The notes under the pieces are model-generated. The model did not search any database, was not told where the DNA came from, and saw only the letters and a program-made list of their open reading frames with translations. Made by a program: the position numbers and the translations under genes. 64,000 nucleotides of DNA, taken from Eledone cirrhosa. Lineage: Eukaryota. Shown piece by piece: positions 63,573 to 64,000 of this stretch (position 1 is the stretch's first letter; every line of letters starts with the position of its first letter). Where the stretch lies: the NCBI GenBank assembly GCA_964016885.1, contig OZ024758.1, positions 26,164,001 through 26,228,000 of the forward strand, in the 5' to 3' direction.

Positions 63573-63740
63573 CAGTTGTCCCCCATTATTCGCAGGGGTT
63601 ACGTTCCTAGAACATCTGCAAAGAGTGAAAAACCATAAGTCTAAAAACCCATCTTAAACTAGACATATAACTGAAAATAGTACTTAAGAAAATAAAAGCC
63701 TCCAGTATTAATTGTGATTGTCTTTATATGATATCCTTAT
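63573..63740 (+). mobile_element. Tigger-like element end (related fragment at about 15897-16215); right boundary approximate
   Basis: TA|CAGTTGTCCCCCATTATTCGCAGGGGTTACGTTCCTAG vs TA|CAGTTGACCCCTGGTATTGGCAGGGGTTATGTTTCTAG. Confidence 0.45.
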
Positions 63741-64000
63741 ATATTCCGAGTTCAAATCACATCAGCATCAATTATCTCTCATTCTAGGGTCAGTAAAATG
63801 AGTTAATGGGATTGATTTAATTGACTAAAGCTTCCTTCCAGAATATTTGACTGTGTACTTGTTAGATATGTTATAGAAAGCTTATACAGTTTTCTTTTTC
63901 GAAAAAATTACATTGACACAAAGCCAGAATTTTGAGAGTTTGGGTTGATAAAATACCAGTTAAGTACTGGTGTCGATTTTAATCAACTTTGGAAGGATAG

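Overview
Eukaryotic, AT-rich, extremely repeat-dense genomic DNA. The microsatellite load, SINE families and RTE LINEs look like a coleoid cephalopod (probably an octopus); this is inferred, not proven. The only host gene I can support is the 5' part of HSP90B1 (GRP94/endoplasmin) on the + strand: five coding exons at 48787-61908 with consistent splice phases, running off the window end. Its promoter carries three ERSE-like CCAAT-N9-ACA(C/A)G elements. The rest is mobile DNA and derivatives: a 5'-truncated RTE LINE nested in a piggyBac-type MITE in intron 4; other RTE, CRE-type and pogo fragments; hAT, mariner and piggyBac MITEs; and several tRNA-derived SINE families. One SINE family shares its 3' tail with the RTE and repeatedly spawns 48-49 bp minisatellites. 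There are also LINE-derived 93/97 bp tandem arrays, huge microsatellites, (TA)n-associated inverted repeats, a long-hairpin element family and minimal hammerhead-ribozyme-like motifs. Almost all long ORFs in the supplied track are artefacts of simple repeats. No CRISPR, rRNA or true tRNA gene was found.
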